Positions 39,765 to 50,061 are shown, numbered from the stretch's first letter. The stretch is DNA of 64,000 nucleotides from Clostridia bacterium (GCA_050950825.1 JBMNIH010000002.1:224001-288000), one strand, 5' to 3'. A program made the numbers and translations. Notes: generated from the letters alone by a model not told the origin.

Positions 39765-40235
39765 TCAATCTTTCGTATCTTTTTTTGATTGTACTTTTTC
39801 GGAGTTCGATTTTAACACATCTATGGCATTCGTGATCACGGAAGGAATGGGAATTCCCATTAGTCCCGCATTTTCGATAATGCTTAACGCTTCATTTACA
39901 ATATAGCCGATGGTTACCGCATCCCTAATGAACGTAGAGCCAACCGCCAAATCCAATCGATGAGCGATAAGAACGATTAACAAAATCATCCCTTTCTTTG
40001 AAAGGCCCTTCCAACCGGCTTTCGATTCCAATCCCCCTTTTTCGGATTTGTCACTCTTATGAAAAACGGCAGCCACGATGAAGCCGGAAAAATAATCGAT
40101 AGCCATAAAAATTACTAAAGTTGTCAAGGCGGAACTCCAACCTCCGAAAAGCATGGAAATAAATGCACCGATAGTTCCGAGAATGCTACAAAAACCGATT
40201 TTGAACTTGCAAAATTGATTCATTTTAACCCCCAC
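39765..40235 (-). CDS. Phage holin family 4 (toxin secretion/phage lysis holin), orphan
   Basis: IDYFSG, GWKGLSKKG, IRDAV and NEALSIIENAGLMGIPIP motifs. Confidence 0.85.
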   Translation of the reverse strand: MGVKMNQFCKFKIGFCSILGTIGAFISMLFGGWSSALTTLVIFMAIDYFSGFIVAAVFHKSDKSEKGGLESKAGWKGLSKKGMILLIVLIAHRLDLAVGSTFIRDAVTIGYIVNEALSIIENAGLMGIPIPSVITNAIDVLKSNSEKVQSKKDTKD

Positions 40236-40447
40236 TTTTTTGATTATGTATCTTTATCCGCCTTGATGCTTTATTATATGCACCGAGGTTTTTGATTGTC
40301 TCAATCGAAAATTAAGTCCATAGAAAAAATACATAAAAAAGCAAACCTCTTCATTGTCGGATATTTGAATATGATAGAATTATGGTAGATTATTCAAGAA
40401 CAATATAAAAATCGACAGCGGTGTATGCGGAAGGAGGAAGGATTTTG

Positions 40448-41887
40448 ATGAACAAGAACGTACCTATTTTAGCCGGAGTTGCAAAAAGAGAGATAACGGC
40501 GCAGGGCGGGCGGCCCGTAAACGACCCCCTCTATGCAAGGGTACTTGTTATGGATGACCGTACAAAAAGAATAGCGATCATCGCCATGGATACCGTAGGC
40601 ATAGGCGGTCCTTTTGATCTTGGAGATGACTTTATGGATAAGCTTCGTGCTCGTATCGTATCCGAACTGTCCATTGATCCTAGCGGCATATTAATAAATG
40701 CAACCCACACCCACACGGAAGGTCCGATGCTTTGTAACCAAGATGCGGTTCTTGACAGAACCTTTGAAGCCGTAAAGGAAGCATGTGACAACCTTCGCAT
40801 CGTTACGGTAGGCTCGGGTATGGCTATGGAGTCAAGCGCCATTATCAACCGTACGCTGCGGCTTAAGGACGGGACACACCAAACCGTGCGCCAAGCTCAT
40901 CCCTGTCCGCAGGACGAAGACGTGGAAAGTCTTGGTCCCGTCGACCCGTCTATCGGGATCCTTCGTTTTGACTCCGAGGATGCAAAGCCTTATGCCATCC
41001 TATACACCTATTCGTGCCACCCTTTGTTGGGCGTACCGGACAAGGCGATCACGGCGAATTTTCCGGGTTTTGCCTCAAAAATTATCGAGGATTGTACCGG
41101 CTGTTCGGCGATCTTCCTTCAAGGCACCCTTGGCGACGTGTGCGAGGTCTTGTACAAGGATGTTACGCAGCCCATGGATAGCGAACCGGTAGGAAGGCTA
41201 CTCGGAATTAGTACGATAAAAGGGGCTCGGGAAATACAAACCCGGTCCGTATCCGTCAATGCCATAACGGAAAAGGCGGAGCTTCCGCTGAGGGTAGATA
41301 TTCCGGCGCGAATCGATGATTTAAAGCAAAAGCAGGAAGAGCTTTTGGAATCCTTAGGAGCCATGAGCCTTAATTTTAAAACCTTCCTTCCCCTGTATAT
41401 CCGGCATATGATGGATCCGAAACATCCTTCCGATTATTCGTACAGGTACATGCAAGCCCGGGACGATCGGCTGCATCACTTAGACGCTCAAAACAAAGCT
41501 CGCATACAAAAGTATCTACAGAACATTTGCACCATGGAAAAGCTCTGTAGAATACGGAGCGATATGAAAACCCTCGAGTATCATGATAAAATGATTCGTG
41601 ATCTCGGAAAACAGACGGTTTCGTGCGAAATCGTCGGCATACGCATAGGGGATTTCGTCATGATATCATCCCCTGCGGAAATGCTTGTGGAAACGGGGCA
41701 AATCATGAAATCCTCTTCGCCCTATCGGCACACCTATGTGATATCCCCCTCAAACGGGTATGTACATTACGGAGCACCCGCTTCTTATTACGACAAGGGC
41801 GGCTACGAGGTGACGGAATGCATGCTGGCACCGGAGTGGCAGAAGATCTATGAGCGGGTTGCCTTGGATATTATCCGTCGTCTTTGA
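40448..41887 (+). CDS. Ceramidase-like metallohydrolase (second paralog)
   Basis: DPLYAR, NATHTH, INR, YSCHP, ANFPG and GGYEV motifs. Confidence 0.65.
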   Translation: MNKNVPILAGVAKREITAQGGRPVNDPLYARVLVMDDRTKRIAIIAMDTVGIGGPFDLGDDFMDKLRARIVSELSIDPSGILINATHTHTEGPMLCNQDAVLDRTFEAVKEACDNLRIVTVGSGMAMESSAIINRTLRLKDGTHQTVRQAHPCPQDEDVESLGPVDPSIGILRFDSEDAKPYAILYTYSCHPLLGVPDKAITANFPGFASKIIEDCTGCSAIFLQGTLGDVCEVLYKDVTQPMDSEPVGRLLGISTIKGAREIQTRSVSVNAITEKAELPLRVDIPARIDDLKQKQEELLESLGAMSLNFKTFLPLYIRHMMDPKHPSDYSYRYMQARDDRLHHLDAQNKARIQKYLQNICTMEKLCRIRSDMKTLEYHDKMIRDLGKQTVSCEIVGIRIGDFVMISSPAEMLVETGQIMKSSSPYRHTYVISPSNGYVHYGAPASYYDKGGYEVTECMLAPEWQKIYERVALDIIRRL

Positions 41888-41930
41888 GCGTTTGATATAT
41901 ATCAAGAAGTCTTTTTTTCGGAAAAAAACA

Positions 41931-41969
41931 AAAGGGCCGTTTTCACTTGGAAGTGATAACGGTCCTTTT
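41931..41969. terminator. Bidirectional terminator
   Basis: AAAGGGCCGTT-TCAC/GTGA-AACGGTCCTTT hairpin. Confidence 0.72.
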
Positions 41970-41992
41970 CTTCTTTCCCGTATAAAGGAAGC

Positions 41993-43783
41993 CTATTCTT
42001 TCATCTTGAATTTGTCACCGGGATCGTATTTTTCAAAAGCCGGGTTGTTGTATATTTCATCCACCAGTCTTTGTAATCCCGCTGCATACAATTGATCGAT
42101 ATACTGACTCCATTCGCTGTTAATGTCGGCGACCTCTCCTTCAATGACTCTTTGCTTAAAGTCGTAAAAGACCGTAGATATTTCGGAACCGACTTCGTCA
42201 TTTATTTCTAAAAATATTTGGTACAGCTCTCTTCCCATATAGACTTCGGAGCGGTACTTTTCGGGGTTCAAAGCGTACTTTTCGAAGAGCCCGTGGGCAT
42301 GCATATACGGCATGTATGCCCAATACCCGTTATTAACGGCATTGTCGATTTGCTGTTGTACAACGGAGGGGTATACAAATAAAGTAAATACATTGGTTTT
42401 TCCTCTGTATTGTTCCGGCAGATCCGCTCTCGGCGTGCTTATCCTGTTGCTTACATACGGTTCTCCCGCCCACTTCCAATGGATACCTTCTATACCGTAT
42501 TGGTATCGCAAATAGATGTCTTGGCTGCTGAAAACGGTGTACTGCAGCAACCTTAATATTCTTTCGAGCTCTGCATCCGAAACTTGGCTTCCTACCATTT
42601 GGACACGCCAAGTACCCGTACCGAAAGGATCGATGTTATAGGTCTTGTTTACCGCCACACCGTTCGGACCTCGAAACATGGGACCGATCACAAAACGAGC
42701 ATTTTCGTCGGTGTTTAATAAAATGTTTTGAGGAGGTAAAACCCTGTAGGCGTCGCTGTTTAAGTTTAGATAACCGCCGCCGTTGATTTGCATAATGCCT
42801 ACTCGATTTGTCAACGAAACCTGCTGGTATTCGGTGTACCAGTAATCGATACCCGGAAGCTTTCTCATGTATCCTTTTTGAAGCATGTCGGATATCCATT
42901 TCAAGTAATCTTTAAAGGGAGTGTAGGCATAATAGGGTACGACATTGCCGGTTGCCGGATCTTTGTATAAATAATTTTGATCTTCCACGAAGCCGAATAA
43001 TCCGTATTGCGACATATTGACCGTTGCATCGTAGTCCAAATACATCATTCCGTATGTATCGTCTTGGCCGTTTCCATCCGGATCATCCTCGGTAAACTTC
43101 TTCATGATATCCAACAAGTCATCAAAAGACATGTTCCCTTCGGTAAAATAGATGTTGTCGTTGAATTTTTCATAACCTTCCACCGTCATTTTAACCGGGG
43201 TTAACCTGCTCGGGTCGATTCCGTATCCTACGGCTTCAAGCCAATCCAGGTTTACACAGGTTGCATCATAGAAGTATTGGCATCCGCTGATATTAACGTG
43301 AGTTAATCCCAAATACTCGTCGTCTTTGCCTTCTACCAAGTTATACATGAATCCGACAGGCAATCTTTCCAATAAGGCATAATACCCGGGAAGATAGTTT
43401 CGGATCATATCGATATGTATGGAACGTGTCAGCTGTTCTTTATACATATCTTCCGGGCTACGAGGGCAAGCAGGCATAAAGAAAAAGTCAGGAATATCGC
43501 CGGCTGCAACCAAAGCCGCCATTTGCTCCGCGTTTCTCGAATCAAGAGGCCAACAATTGAGGTCAATGTTGAACATTTCTTCAAGCTCCGTTTCATCCCA
43601 TCTTCCCTCAATGTAATCCGCATTTTCTTCGGTTAACCAAGTAATTTCAAAAAATTCTTCGAAGGGATTTTCTTCAACCGCCGTCGTTGTCGTTTCATTT
43701 TTTGGCTCTTTTTCCTCCGATCGACTGCAAGCACAAGTCATAACCAATAAGACTATAAGAAGTAGCGATAGTATTTTTCTCAT
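41993..43783 (-). CDS. Extracellular solute-binding lipoprotein
   Basis: Lipobox TCAC and DPDGNGQDDTYG; close paralog of 56813-58633. Confidence 0.82.
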   Translation of the reverse strand: MRKILSLLLIVLLVMTCACSRSEEKEPKNETTTTAVEENPFEEFFEITWLTEENADYIEGRWDETELEEMFNIDLNCWPLDSRNAEQMAALVAAGDIPDFFFMPACPRSPEDMYKEQLTRSIHIDMIRNYLPGYYALLERLPVGFMYNLVEGKDDEYLGLTHVNISGCQYFYDATCVNLDWLEAVGYGIDPSRLTPVKMTVEGYEKFNDNIYFTEGNMSFDDLLDIMKKFTEDDPDGNGQDDTYGMMYLDYDATVNMSQYGLFGFVEDQNYLYKDPATGNVVPYYAYTPFKDYLKWISDMLQKGYMRKLPGIDYWYTEYQQVSLTNRVGIMQINGGGYLNLNSDAYRVLPPQNILLNTDENARFVIGPMFRGPNGVAVNKTYNIDPFGTGTWRVQMVGSQVSDAELERILRLLQYTVFSSQDIYLRYQYGIEGIHWKWAGEPYVSNRISTPRADLPEQYRGKTNVFTLFVYPSVVQQQIDNAVNNGYWAYMPYMHAHGLFEKYALNPEKYRSEVYMGRELYQIFLEINDEVGSEISTVFYDFKQRVIEGEVADINSEWSQYIDQLYAAGLQRLVDEIYNNPAFEKYDPGDKFKMKE

Positions 43784-43943
43784 TAAGATACCTCCTTTCA
43801 TTCATTCCTTGGTTTTTTTTCAAAAAATAAATTTCTTTGTATCTTAATCTTATCTTCCTCCCCGAACAATACAATGAAACGGTTAGCCATAAAACCGCCA
43901 TTCCTGTCTGATTTTTTTAATTGAAAAACCGACTGAAAATATG

Positions 43944-43982
43944 AAAAAGTCGGAACCCTATATTAGGCTCCGACTCTTTTTT
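43944..43982 (-). terminator. Terminator after the sialidase-like gene
   Basis: AGTCGGA-CC/GG-TCCGACT stem flanked by A and T runs. Confidence 0.6.
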
Positions 43983-43989
43983 GCATTTT

Positions 43990-45066
43990 CTATTTCATTT
44001 TATTTACAATCATTTTTAGCCTCGCTTTTTCCGTCACGCACCGTCCTTGCCGAATGTCTTCTTCGGTAATTACGGCCATAAGAATCTCCTTTGCGTCATA
44101 TCGTTCTCTGTCATAGATGATATAAACGGTTCCGTCTTCCGCCTGTACCCCGTCGGGATAGGAAACCCGGCTTCTTTCGTCTATCGTTATTTTGTATTTC
44201 CAAGTCATCCCGTCATCCTCGGACAGCATGGCCGTAAGATGACTCCTGCCCGTAAAATTCAGGTGGTTTACCAACAAAAGGTTACCCGATTGCAGTCTTC
44301 GGATAAAAAAGCGGGAATTGGGACCGCCCAATCCGGAATCTCTTCCCGGCGTCCAAGTCTTTCCTTTGTCGAAGGAATAGCTTTCACCGATACCGTATTT
44401 TGTCCGAACCAACATCCATAAGGACCCGTCCTTTTTCTCGACAATCATGTGTTCGTCAAAAGCCCGGTCCGGTACATCCGCCCGCCCTTGAAGGCGAAAG
44501 TTTTTGCCTTGGTCGTCGCTGATGTACACATTGGAGAATCGTTCTTCTTCCAAGCGATTGAATTCGGAATCTCTGCATTTCCAAACGGCACAGGGAAAAA
44601 GCCACTCGCCCGTTGAAAGAATCGTAGGCTTGTTAATCATGATACCGTGGCATATGCGAATAGGCGTACTCCAAGCCGCATCATCATCGTCCGGATTTTC
44701 CATAACCGATGCCCAAACCCCGGCACGACCGTCATACAAGGTGTAGCTTTGGCTCCAAAACCACCAAAGCCTTCCTAAAGGATCGATCCATAAGCAAGGG
44801 TCAAATGCCCTCACCTTGTCGGGAGGATCGATTACATATAAAGGATCGGACCAAGTAAGCCCGTTGTCATCGCTTTTTAGTAACAATACGAAGTTTTCCG
44901 AGCCTTCTCCCTTGCCTCCGCTGTAGAAGGTAGCGTATAGGCGACCTTTTCTCGTTCTTTCGATACCGGGTATGCCCTGCCATAGACGTTTCATGTAGAG
45001 CCCATCATGCTTTTGATCCAATTTTTTCGGAAGCACCGTCAAAAGAGCCAAATCCTTGTTTTCCAT
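43990..45066 (-). CDS. BNR/sialidase-family protein
   Basis: QGIP start motif; Asp-boxes SDDNGLTW, SDDQGKNF, SFDKGKTW and SEDDGMTW; SYP and YDRER motifs. Confidence 0.8.
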   Translation of the reverse strand: MENKDLALLTVLPKKLDQKHDGLYMKRLWQGIPGIERTRKGRLYATFYSGGKGEGSENFVLLLKSDDNGLTWSDPLYVIDPPDKVRAFDPCLWIDPLGRLWWFWSQSYTLYDGRAGVWASVMENPDDDDAAWSTPIRICHGIMINKPTILSTGEWLFPCAVWKCRDSEFNRLEEERFSNVYISDDQGKNFRLQGRADVPDRAFDEHMIVEKKDGSLWMLVRTKYGIGESYSFDKGKTWTPGRDSGLGGPNSRFFIRRLQSGNLLLVNHLNFTGRSHLTAMLSEDDGMTWKYKITIDERSRVSYPDGVQAEDGTVYIIYDRERYDAKEILMAVITEEDIRQGRCVTEKARLKMIVNKMK

Positions 45067-45176
45067 GTTATTTGTTCTCCTTCCTTTGTTCGTTTCCGAT
45101 CAATTTCATTATATCGAATAAATGAAAATTTCTTTATTTCAATCGAAAAAATCAATAAATAAAGCGAATACTATCA

Positions 45177-45227
45177 TTGACAGAATGAAAGATACGTGTT
45201 ATTCTTTCTTTGTTAATATATTAACAA
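45177..45227 (+). promoter_or_regulatory. Sigma-A promoter TTGACA-17-(TG)TATTCT followed by a Rex-type operator TTGTTAATATATTAACAA
   Basis: Perfect 18-bp palindrome at 45210-45227 over the predicted TSS; matches the clostridial Rex consensus TTGTTAA-N4-TTAACAA. Confidence 0.8.
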
Positions 45228-45279
45228 TAAAGCTATAGAATATTCCGTTCGGGAGAATATTTGGAATCGGGAGGTATGT

Positions 45280-46038
45280 ATGTTTTCACTGAAAGGACGG
45301 GTAGCGGTCGTAACGGGAGCATCATCGGGATTAGGCCTTCAAATGGCCCAAGGCTTTGCCAAGCAAGGCGCAGACCTGGTGATTATGGCCCGAAGAATGG
45401 ATCGATTGGAAAAAATCGCAGAAGAATTCAGAGCCCAAGGAGTAAGATGTCTACCTCTAAAATGTGATGTCACCAATACGGAAGAAGTGAATCGGGCTGC
45501 GGAAGCGGCATTTAAAGAATACGGAAGAATCGACATTCTCGTGAACAATGCCGGCGCCTCAAGAAACGCCGGGGTATTGGAAATGACCGACGAGGATTGG
45601 AATTTCACCATCGAAGCGGATTTAACAAGCGTGTTTAAAGTCACGAGAGCCTTTTCCAAGTATATGGTCGAGCAAAGATACGGACGTATCATTAACATTG
45701 CCTCCATATACGGACAAGTGGGCAACACCGCTATGGATACCATCGCTTACCACTCCTCCAAAGGCGGAGTTATCAACTTTACAAGAGCCGTTGCGGCGGA
45801 GCTTGCAAAATACAATATAACATGCAACTGCATAAGCCCGGGCTATTTTGAAACGGAATTGACAGCCGATACGTTGAAAACCGAAGCGTTTACGAACTAT
45901 ATGAAAGCGACCGTTCCTTTGAGACGCTACGGAAGGCCCGGCGAATTGAATGCGGCTGCCGTGTTCTTAGCCAGTGAAGAAGCCTCGTATATCACGGGTC
46001 AAAACATCAAGGTTGACGGCGGATATACGGCAGTATAA
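45280..46038 (+). CDS. Short-chain dehydrogenase/reductase (gluconate 5-dehydrogenase-like)
   Basis: TGASSGLG, NNAG and YHSSK motifs. Confidence 0.88.
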   Translation: MFSLKGRVAVVTGASSGLGLQMAQGFAKQGADLVIMARRMDRLEKIAEEFRAQGVRCLPLKCDVTNTEEVNRAAEAAFKEYGRIDILVNNAGASRNAGVLEMTDEDWNFTIEADLTSVFKVTRAFSKYMVEQRYGRIINIASIYGQVGNTAMDTIAYHSSKGGVINFTRAVAAELAKYNITCNCISPGYFETELTADTLKTEAFTNYMKATVPLRRYGRPGELNAAAVFLASEEASYITGQNIKVDGGYTAV

Positions 46039-46073
46039 CGAAACCACACCCTATTGATACCTTTATATATACG

Positions 46074-46108
46074 GCGCTGTCCTTATTTGGGACAGCGCAA
46101 TTTTTTTC
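46074..46108 (+). terminator. Intrinsic terminator
   Basis: GCGCTGTCC-loop-GGACAGCGC followed by a T-run. Confidence 0.82.
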
Positions 46109-46169
46109 TTATTCATAGAGGAGAAACCCGATTCGCATTGAATATATACTAAAGCATAAATGGAAGCGG

Positions 46170-46967
46170 GTGATTCTTATTAAAATCGGTATAACAGGTT
46201 GTTTAGACAGATTGCCAATCGTAAAGGCAATAGGCTTTGATTTTGTAGAACCCGGCGCATACAACGTGTACGGCATGTCGGAAGAAGATTTTTCAAAATT
46301 GGAACAAGATATTCGGCATCACGAAGTTCCGGCATCGGCTTTTAACATGTTCTTCCCCACGGAGATAAAGACAACGGGAGATGATGTGGATTACGACAGG
46401 ATTGCCGATTACTTGCACAAGTGCTTAGCCCGGTGCAAAAAGCTAGGCGGAGAAGTTGTGGTATACGGAAGCGGAAACTCGCGAAAAGTGCCGGACGGCT
46501 TCGATTTTGAAAAAGCTTGGAGGCAGCTGGTAACCTTCTTCAAGCTTGCCGGAGATATTGCGGTCCAATACAATATCACCATTGTCATTGAACCTCTTTA
46601 CAAGAAGAATACCAACATCATTAATACCGTTGCCGAAGGGTTAAGCTTATGCAAAGAAGTCGATCATCCCGGCATCCGGCTTTTGGCCGACAGTTTTCAT
46701 ATGATTCATGAAAACGAAAGCCCGGAAATCATTCTGAAAGCCGGTTCCGAATATTTGCATCACATCCATATCCGGGACGATACGGAAGGCTTCCCTTTGG
46801 AAAAAGACCGCCCCTATTTTACAACCTTCCTCTCCTATTTAAAGAAAATCGGATATGATAAAACCCTAAGCTTCGAAGTAAGCACAAGAAAAATGACGCC
46901 GGATGAATTCGAAGAAAAAGCCGCAGCCGGATTAAAGCTGCTAAAGGAATGGATGGAAGAAGCATAA
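46170..46967 (+). CDS. Sugar phosphate isomerase/epimerase (xylose-isomerase-like TIM barrel)
   Basis: GFDFVE, IEPL, ADSFHM, HIHIRD and SFEV motifs. Confidence 0.82.
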   Translation: MILIKIGITGCLDRLPIVKAIGFDFVEPGAYNVYGMSEEDFSKLEQDIRHHEVPASAFNMFFPTEIKTTGDDVDYDRIADYLHKCLARCKKLGGEVVVYGSGNSRKVPDGFDFEKAWRQLVTFFKLAGDIAVQYNITIVIEPLYKKNTNIINTVAEGLSLCKEVDHPGIRLLADSFHMIHENESPEIILKAGSEYLHHIHIRDDTEGFPLEKDRPYFTTFLSYLKKIGYDKTLSFEVSTRKMTPDEFEEKAAAGLKLLKEWMEEA

Positions 46968-46988
46968 CGCGTTAAAAAGGGGGATGTT

Positions 46989-47994
46989 TCATTTGCTATT
47001 TCCTTTTATACATTTACTTTTGAAGGAGCAATCACTGCAATCTTCGCATGTATAAACCGTTTTCTCGCTCAAAAATCCGTTTTTGCTTCTTTTCTTTATT
47101 ATATCGCTAACGACAAGTTTTCTCTTGTTATGACAGACGTAATAATCTCCTTCTGCATGGTATTCCATATTTTCCATAAGACCAATGTCATTTTTATATT
47201 TCTTGGTTTTGGATTGTTCGTAATTTAACGGTTTAATATACGCCGATTGGCCGTTTTTATCCAAGTAAATATAGTTTTCTTCGCTTTCGTATCCTGCGTC
47301 CGCGACAACTTTTTTGTATTTGAATTTTAAATGGGATCTCATTTCATTCAAAAAAGGTATTAGAGTCGGTGCATCCGTTGTGCATTGATTCACCGTTACC
47401 CATGTTATGTACTCGGAGTCAACGCCATGCTGAATGTTATATGCCGCTTTCAGCTGACCGTTGCCCATAGCGTCCTCTTTCATTCTCATAAACGTCGCAT
47501 CGTGATCCGTTTTTGAAAAACTGTTGCGGTCTCCGCATACATGTATGTTTTTCGTATATTCCTTCAGCTTATCCAAATAATTCTCCAAAGTCTCAATGGA
47601 TCGTTGGAAAGGTGTTTTTCTCTTCCCTTTTCCATGTACGAACTCGATGTTTTCTTCCTTCTTTATGGCATACAGTCTCTTGCGTAACTTTTTAACGTGT
47701 TTCATTTCGACTTGATTATTGTATACTATTTTGATTCCGTACTTTTCCTCGCATTCCGCGAAGAAATCCGCCAATTTTGCAAGCAACTTCTCTTGATTTT
47801 TTGTGACCGCTCTTTTCCAGACAAAAGTGTATTTGTTTGCACACGCCTCTATTTTCGTGCCGTCAATAAATATGGCGTCGCCGGATAATTCTCCGATATC
47901 ATAGAGAAATTCGGACATTTCACTCAAAATTCTTTTGGCACAAGGTGTGAAATGCAAGCTTCGAAACCTGGAAAACGTTGCATGATCAGGTACC
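46989..47994 (-). pseudogene. IS1182-family transposase, central fragment
   Basis: PDHATFSRFR, FIDGTKIEACANKYTFVW, SKTDHDATFMRMK, GQLKAAYN and VADAGYESEEN motifs; C-terminus missing. Confidence 0.85.
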
Positions 47995-48113
47995 GGCAGC
48001 GTAAAGTAAGTTTCGGATAATAATCAATGGAAGAATATAACAAATAGAAAGAGGACCCCGATTGTGATATGATTAAATTTCCATACAAAAAATCACAAAG
48101 GAAGGTGTCCTCT

Positions 48114-49598
48114 ATGTATAAAAGTATACTACATTTTATTGAAAATGGGTTAGTCGAAATTGAAAAAATGATGGGTGATATTCTGGCAGGTAAAAAAGAT
48201 GCCGATGATTTGACTGCACTCGTTAATAAAGTTACGTCAACGTTAGCGGTCAGCCTTATAGTGGATTTGTACGAGAAAGCTGATAACGATATACGAGAAA
48301 GCAGCGTGAGAAAAAAGTATTGGAATGTCGAGCACAGGAACAAAAAGAAAACCATCGTAGATGTCATGGGTAAGGTTGAATTCTGCCGAACCGGATATTG
48401 TGCGAAAGGAACGGGTGAGTATGTATATCTTTTGGATCAGGTGCTCGGATTTGAACCGCACCAGAAGGTAACGCTAGGCGCAGCTGCGAGAGCCTTGGAA
48501 GAAAGTATAGACAGCAGTTACCGCAAAGGCGGAGAGAATGCAAGCATAAAAGCGGAAGAAGGCATTAGCAAACAAGCCGTGATGGATCTGGTACATGAGA
48601 TTGAGGCGGACATGCCGATGCCGGAACCGGAAGGAAAGAAGAAGATAAAAAGGCTTCATGTCATAGCCGATGAAGATCATGTGGCGGCACAGTTTTGGAA
48701 TGAAAAGGGCGATTTGAAGCGAGATGCGAGGGGCCATAAGATTAATACCCTGATGCCTAAGCTTGTTTGTGTATTCGAGGATATTATCAATGAATCGGGG
48801 GAAGCATCCAAGAATCCCAGATATAAGCTGATCGGAAAAAAATACTTTTGCGGTATTTACGAGGGTGGCAAAGGCAACGAAAAGCTTTGGATGGAGGTTG
48901 CCGAATACATAGAAAAAACATACGATACGGACTATCTTGAGAGAATATACGTAGTCGGAGACGGAGCTTCGTGGATAAAAAAAGGATGCGAATATTTGGA
49001 GAACAGCAAATATGTCCTTGATAAATACCATATGATGAAATATATAAACAGGTCAGTGGCGCATCTTTACGATAGCGCGGACGAGGTGAAAGACTGGATT
49101 TGGGGAGCCTTGAATCGTTTGGACAAAAAGGAATTGAAGAATATCTATGAGCAGATCCTGAAGGTTACGGAAAGTGAAAACAAGAAGCAAGAAGTGGAAG
49201 ATGCGTTAAGATATTTTCTAAATCATTGGCAAGGGATAAAAACCCGAGTGGAAGAAACAAGCGGCTGGACATATTGCATAGAAGGGCAAATAAGCCATGT
49301 ATTGTCGGCAAGAATGAGCAGCAGACCAATGGGATGGAGCGAATTGGGTTGCGACCGCATGGCAAGGCTCAGAGCGTACAAAAGAAACGGCGGTAAGATT
49401 CTTGACTTGCTAAAATATCAAAAACAACGAAAAAAGCAAAAGGAAAGGCGTGAAGCACAAGAAGAATTGATAAGAGATCTGAGAAGAAGACATTCAAAAT
49501 GGACGTATGCGGAAGATACCAGACGTCACATACATGGTTTGGAAAGGAGCAGTATGAAGTGGCTAAAGAATATGACCACACTGGCTTGGGACGCATAA
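48114..49598 (+). CDS. ISLre2-family (UPF0236) transposase
   Basis: ADEDHV, VGDGASWI, LDKYH, EGQISHVLSARMSSRPMGWS; start MYKSILHF after AAGGAAGG. Confidence 0.9.
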   Translation: MYKSILHFIENGLVEIEKMMGDILAGKKDADDLTALVNKVTSTLAVSLIVDLYEKADNDIRESSVRKKYWNVEHRNKKKTIVDVMGKVEFCRTGYCAKGTGEYVYLLDQVLGFEPHQKVTLGAAARALEESIDSSYRKGGENASIKAEEGISKQAVMDLVHEIEADMPMPEPEGKKKIKRLHVIADEDHVAAQFWNEKGDLKRDARGHKINTLMPKLVCVFEDIINESGEASKNPRYKLIGKKYFCGIYEGGKGNEKLWMEVAEYIEKTYDTDYLERIYVVGDGASWIKKGCEYLENSKYVLDKYHMMKYINRSVAHLYDSADEVKDWIWGALNRLDKKELKNIYEQILKVTESENKKQEVEDALRYFLNHWQGIKTRVEETSGWTYCIEGQISHVLSARMSSRPMGWSELGCDRMARLRAYKRNGGKILDLLKYQKQRKKQKERREAQEELIRDLRRRHSKWTYAEDTRRHIHGLERSSMKWLKNMTTLAWDA

Positions 49599-49641
49599 GC
49601 AGCTTGAACCGCTATGACTTTGTAACCGTGTGACGGTAGGC

Positions 49642-49805
49642 TTTATGCCGCGAAAGTCGCTTTACGATGAGTAGACGGCATGTTAGGCTTGTCTGCCTGG
49701 CATCAAACACACAAAGCCGTATCCGGCTTCACCCTGTAGGAAGATGCCGCAGAGGCCACTAAACATGCCGGCAGAGGCTCGTCGTAAAGCGAACCGTGGA
49801 ATAAA
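49642..49805 (+). ncRNA. Putative rod-like structured RNA in the ISLre2 3' region
   Basis: Nested stems with G-U pairs that are valid only on the + strand. Confidence 0.55.
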
Positions 49806-49990
49806 TGAGTACTTTACTTGTGCATTTGCTATTGTCTTCATGAATTCTTGAATAGGGGTGATGTGTAATAATCAATTAAAAAAACAAATGTGGAAAAATT
49901 GATGGAAATGATATATGATACAGACAAGATTTAATCTTATCATAAGGGTGAACTCTCTCTTTTTATTTCCGAATGTATATTGACGCTATC

Positions 49991-50061
49991 TCTATTGGAA
50001 GTTTTAGTTGATAATTTCTTCGTTTAAATGTATACTTCTTATTAAGTTTTAAGTTTTTCAT
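49991..50061 (-). pseudogene. IS1182 transposase N-terminal fragment
   Basis: MKNLKLNKKYTFKRRNYQLKLPI; YQLKLP is typical of IS1182 N-termini in Bacillota. Confidence 0.7.

Larger units (their letters stand above)
47995..49990 (+). mobile_element. ISLre2-family IS, second divergent type, inserted in IS1182
   Basis: IRs GGCAGCGTAAAGTAAGTTTCGGA / GATAGCGTCAATATACATTCGGA; no TSD (adjacent deletion). Confidence 0.85.

Noticed and set aside
39765-40235. Prophage
   Set aside because: Only a holin is present; no structural, integrase or lysin genes.
49642-49805. 6S RNA
   Set aside because: The bubble is apical rather than central, the terminal arm is too short, and the element lies inside an IS.
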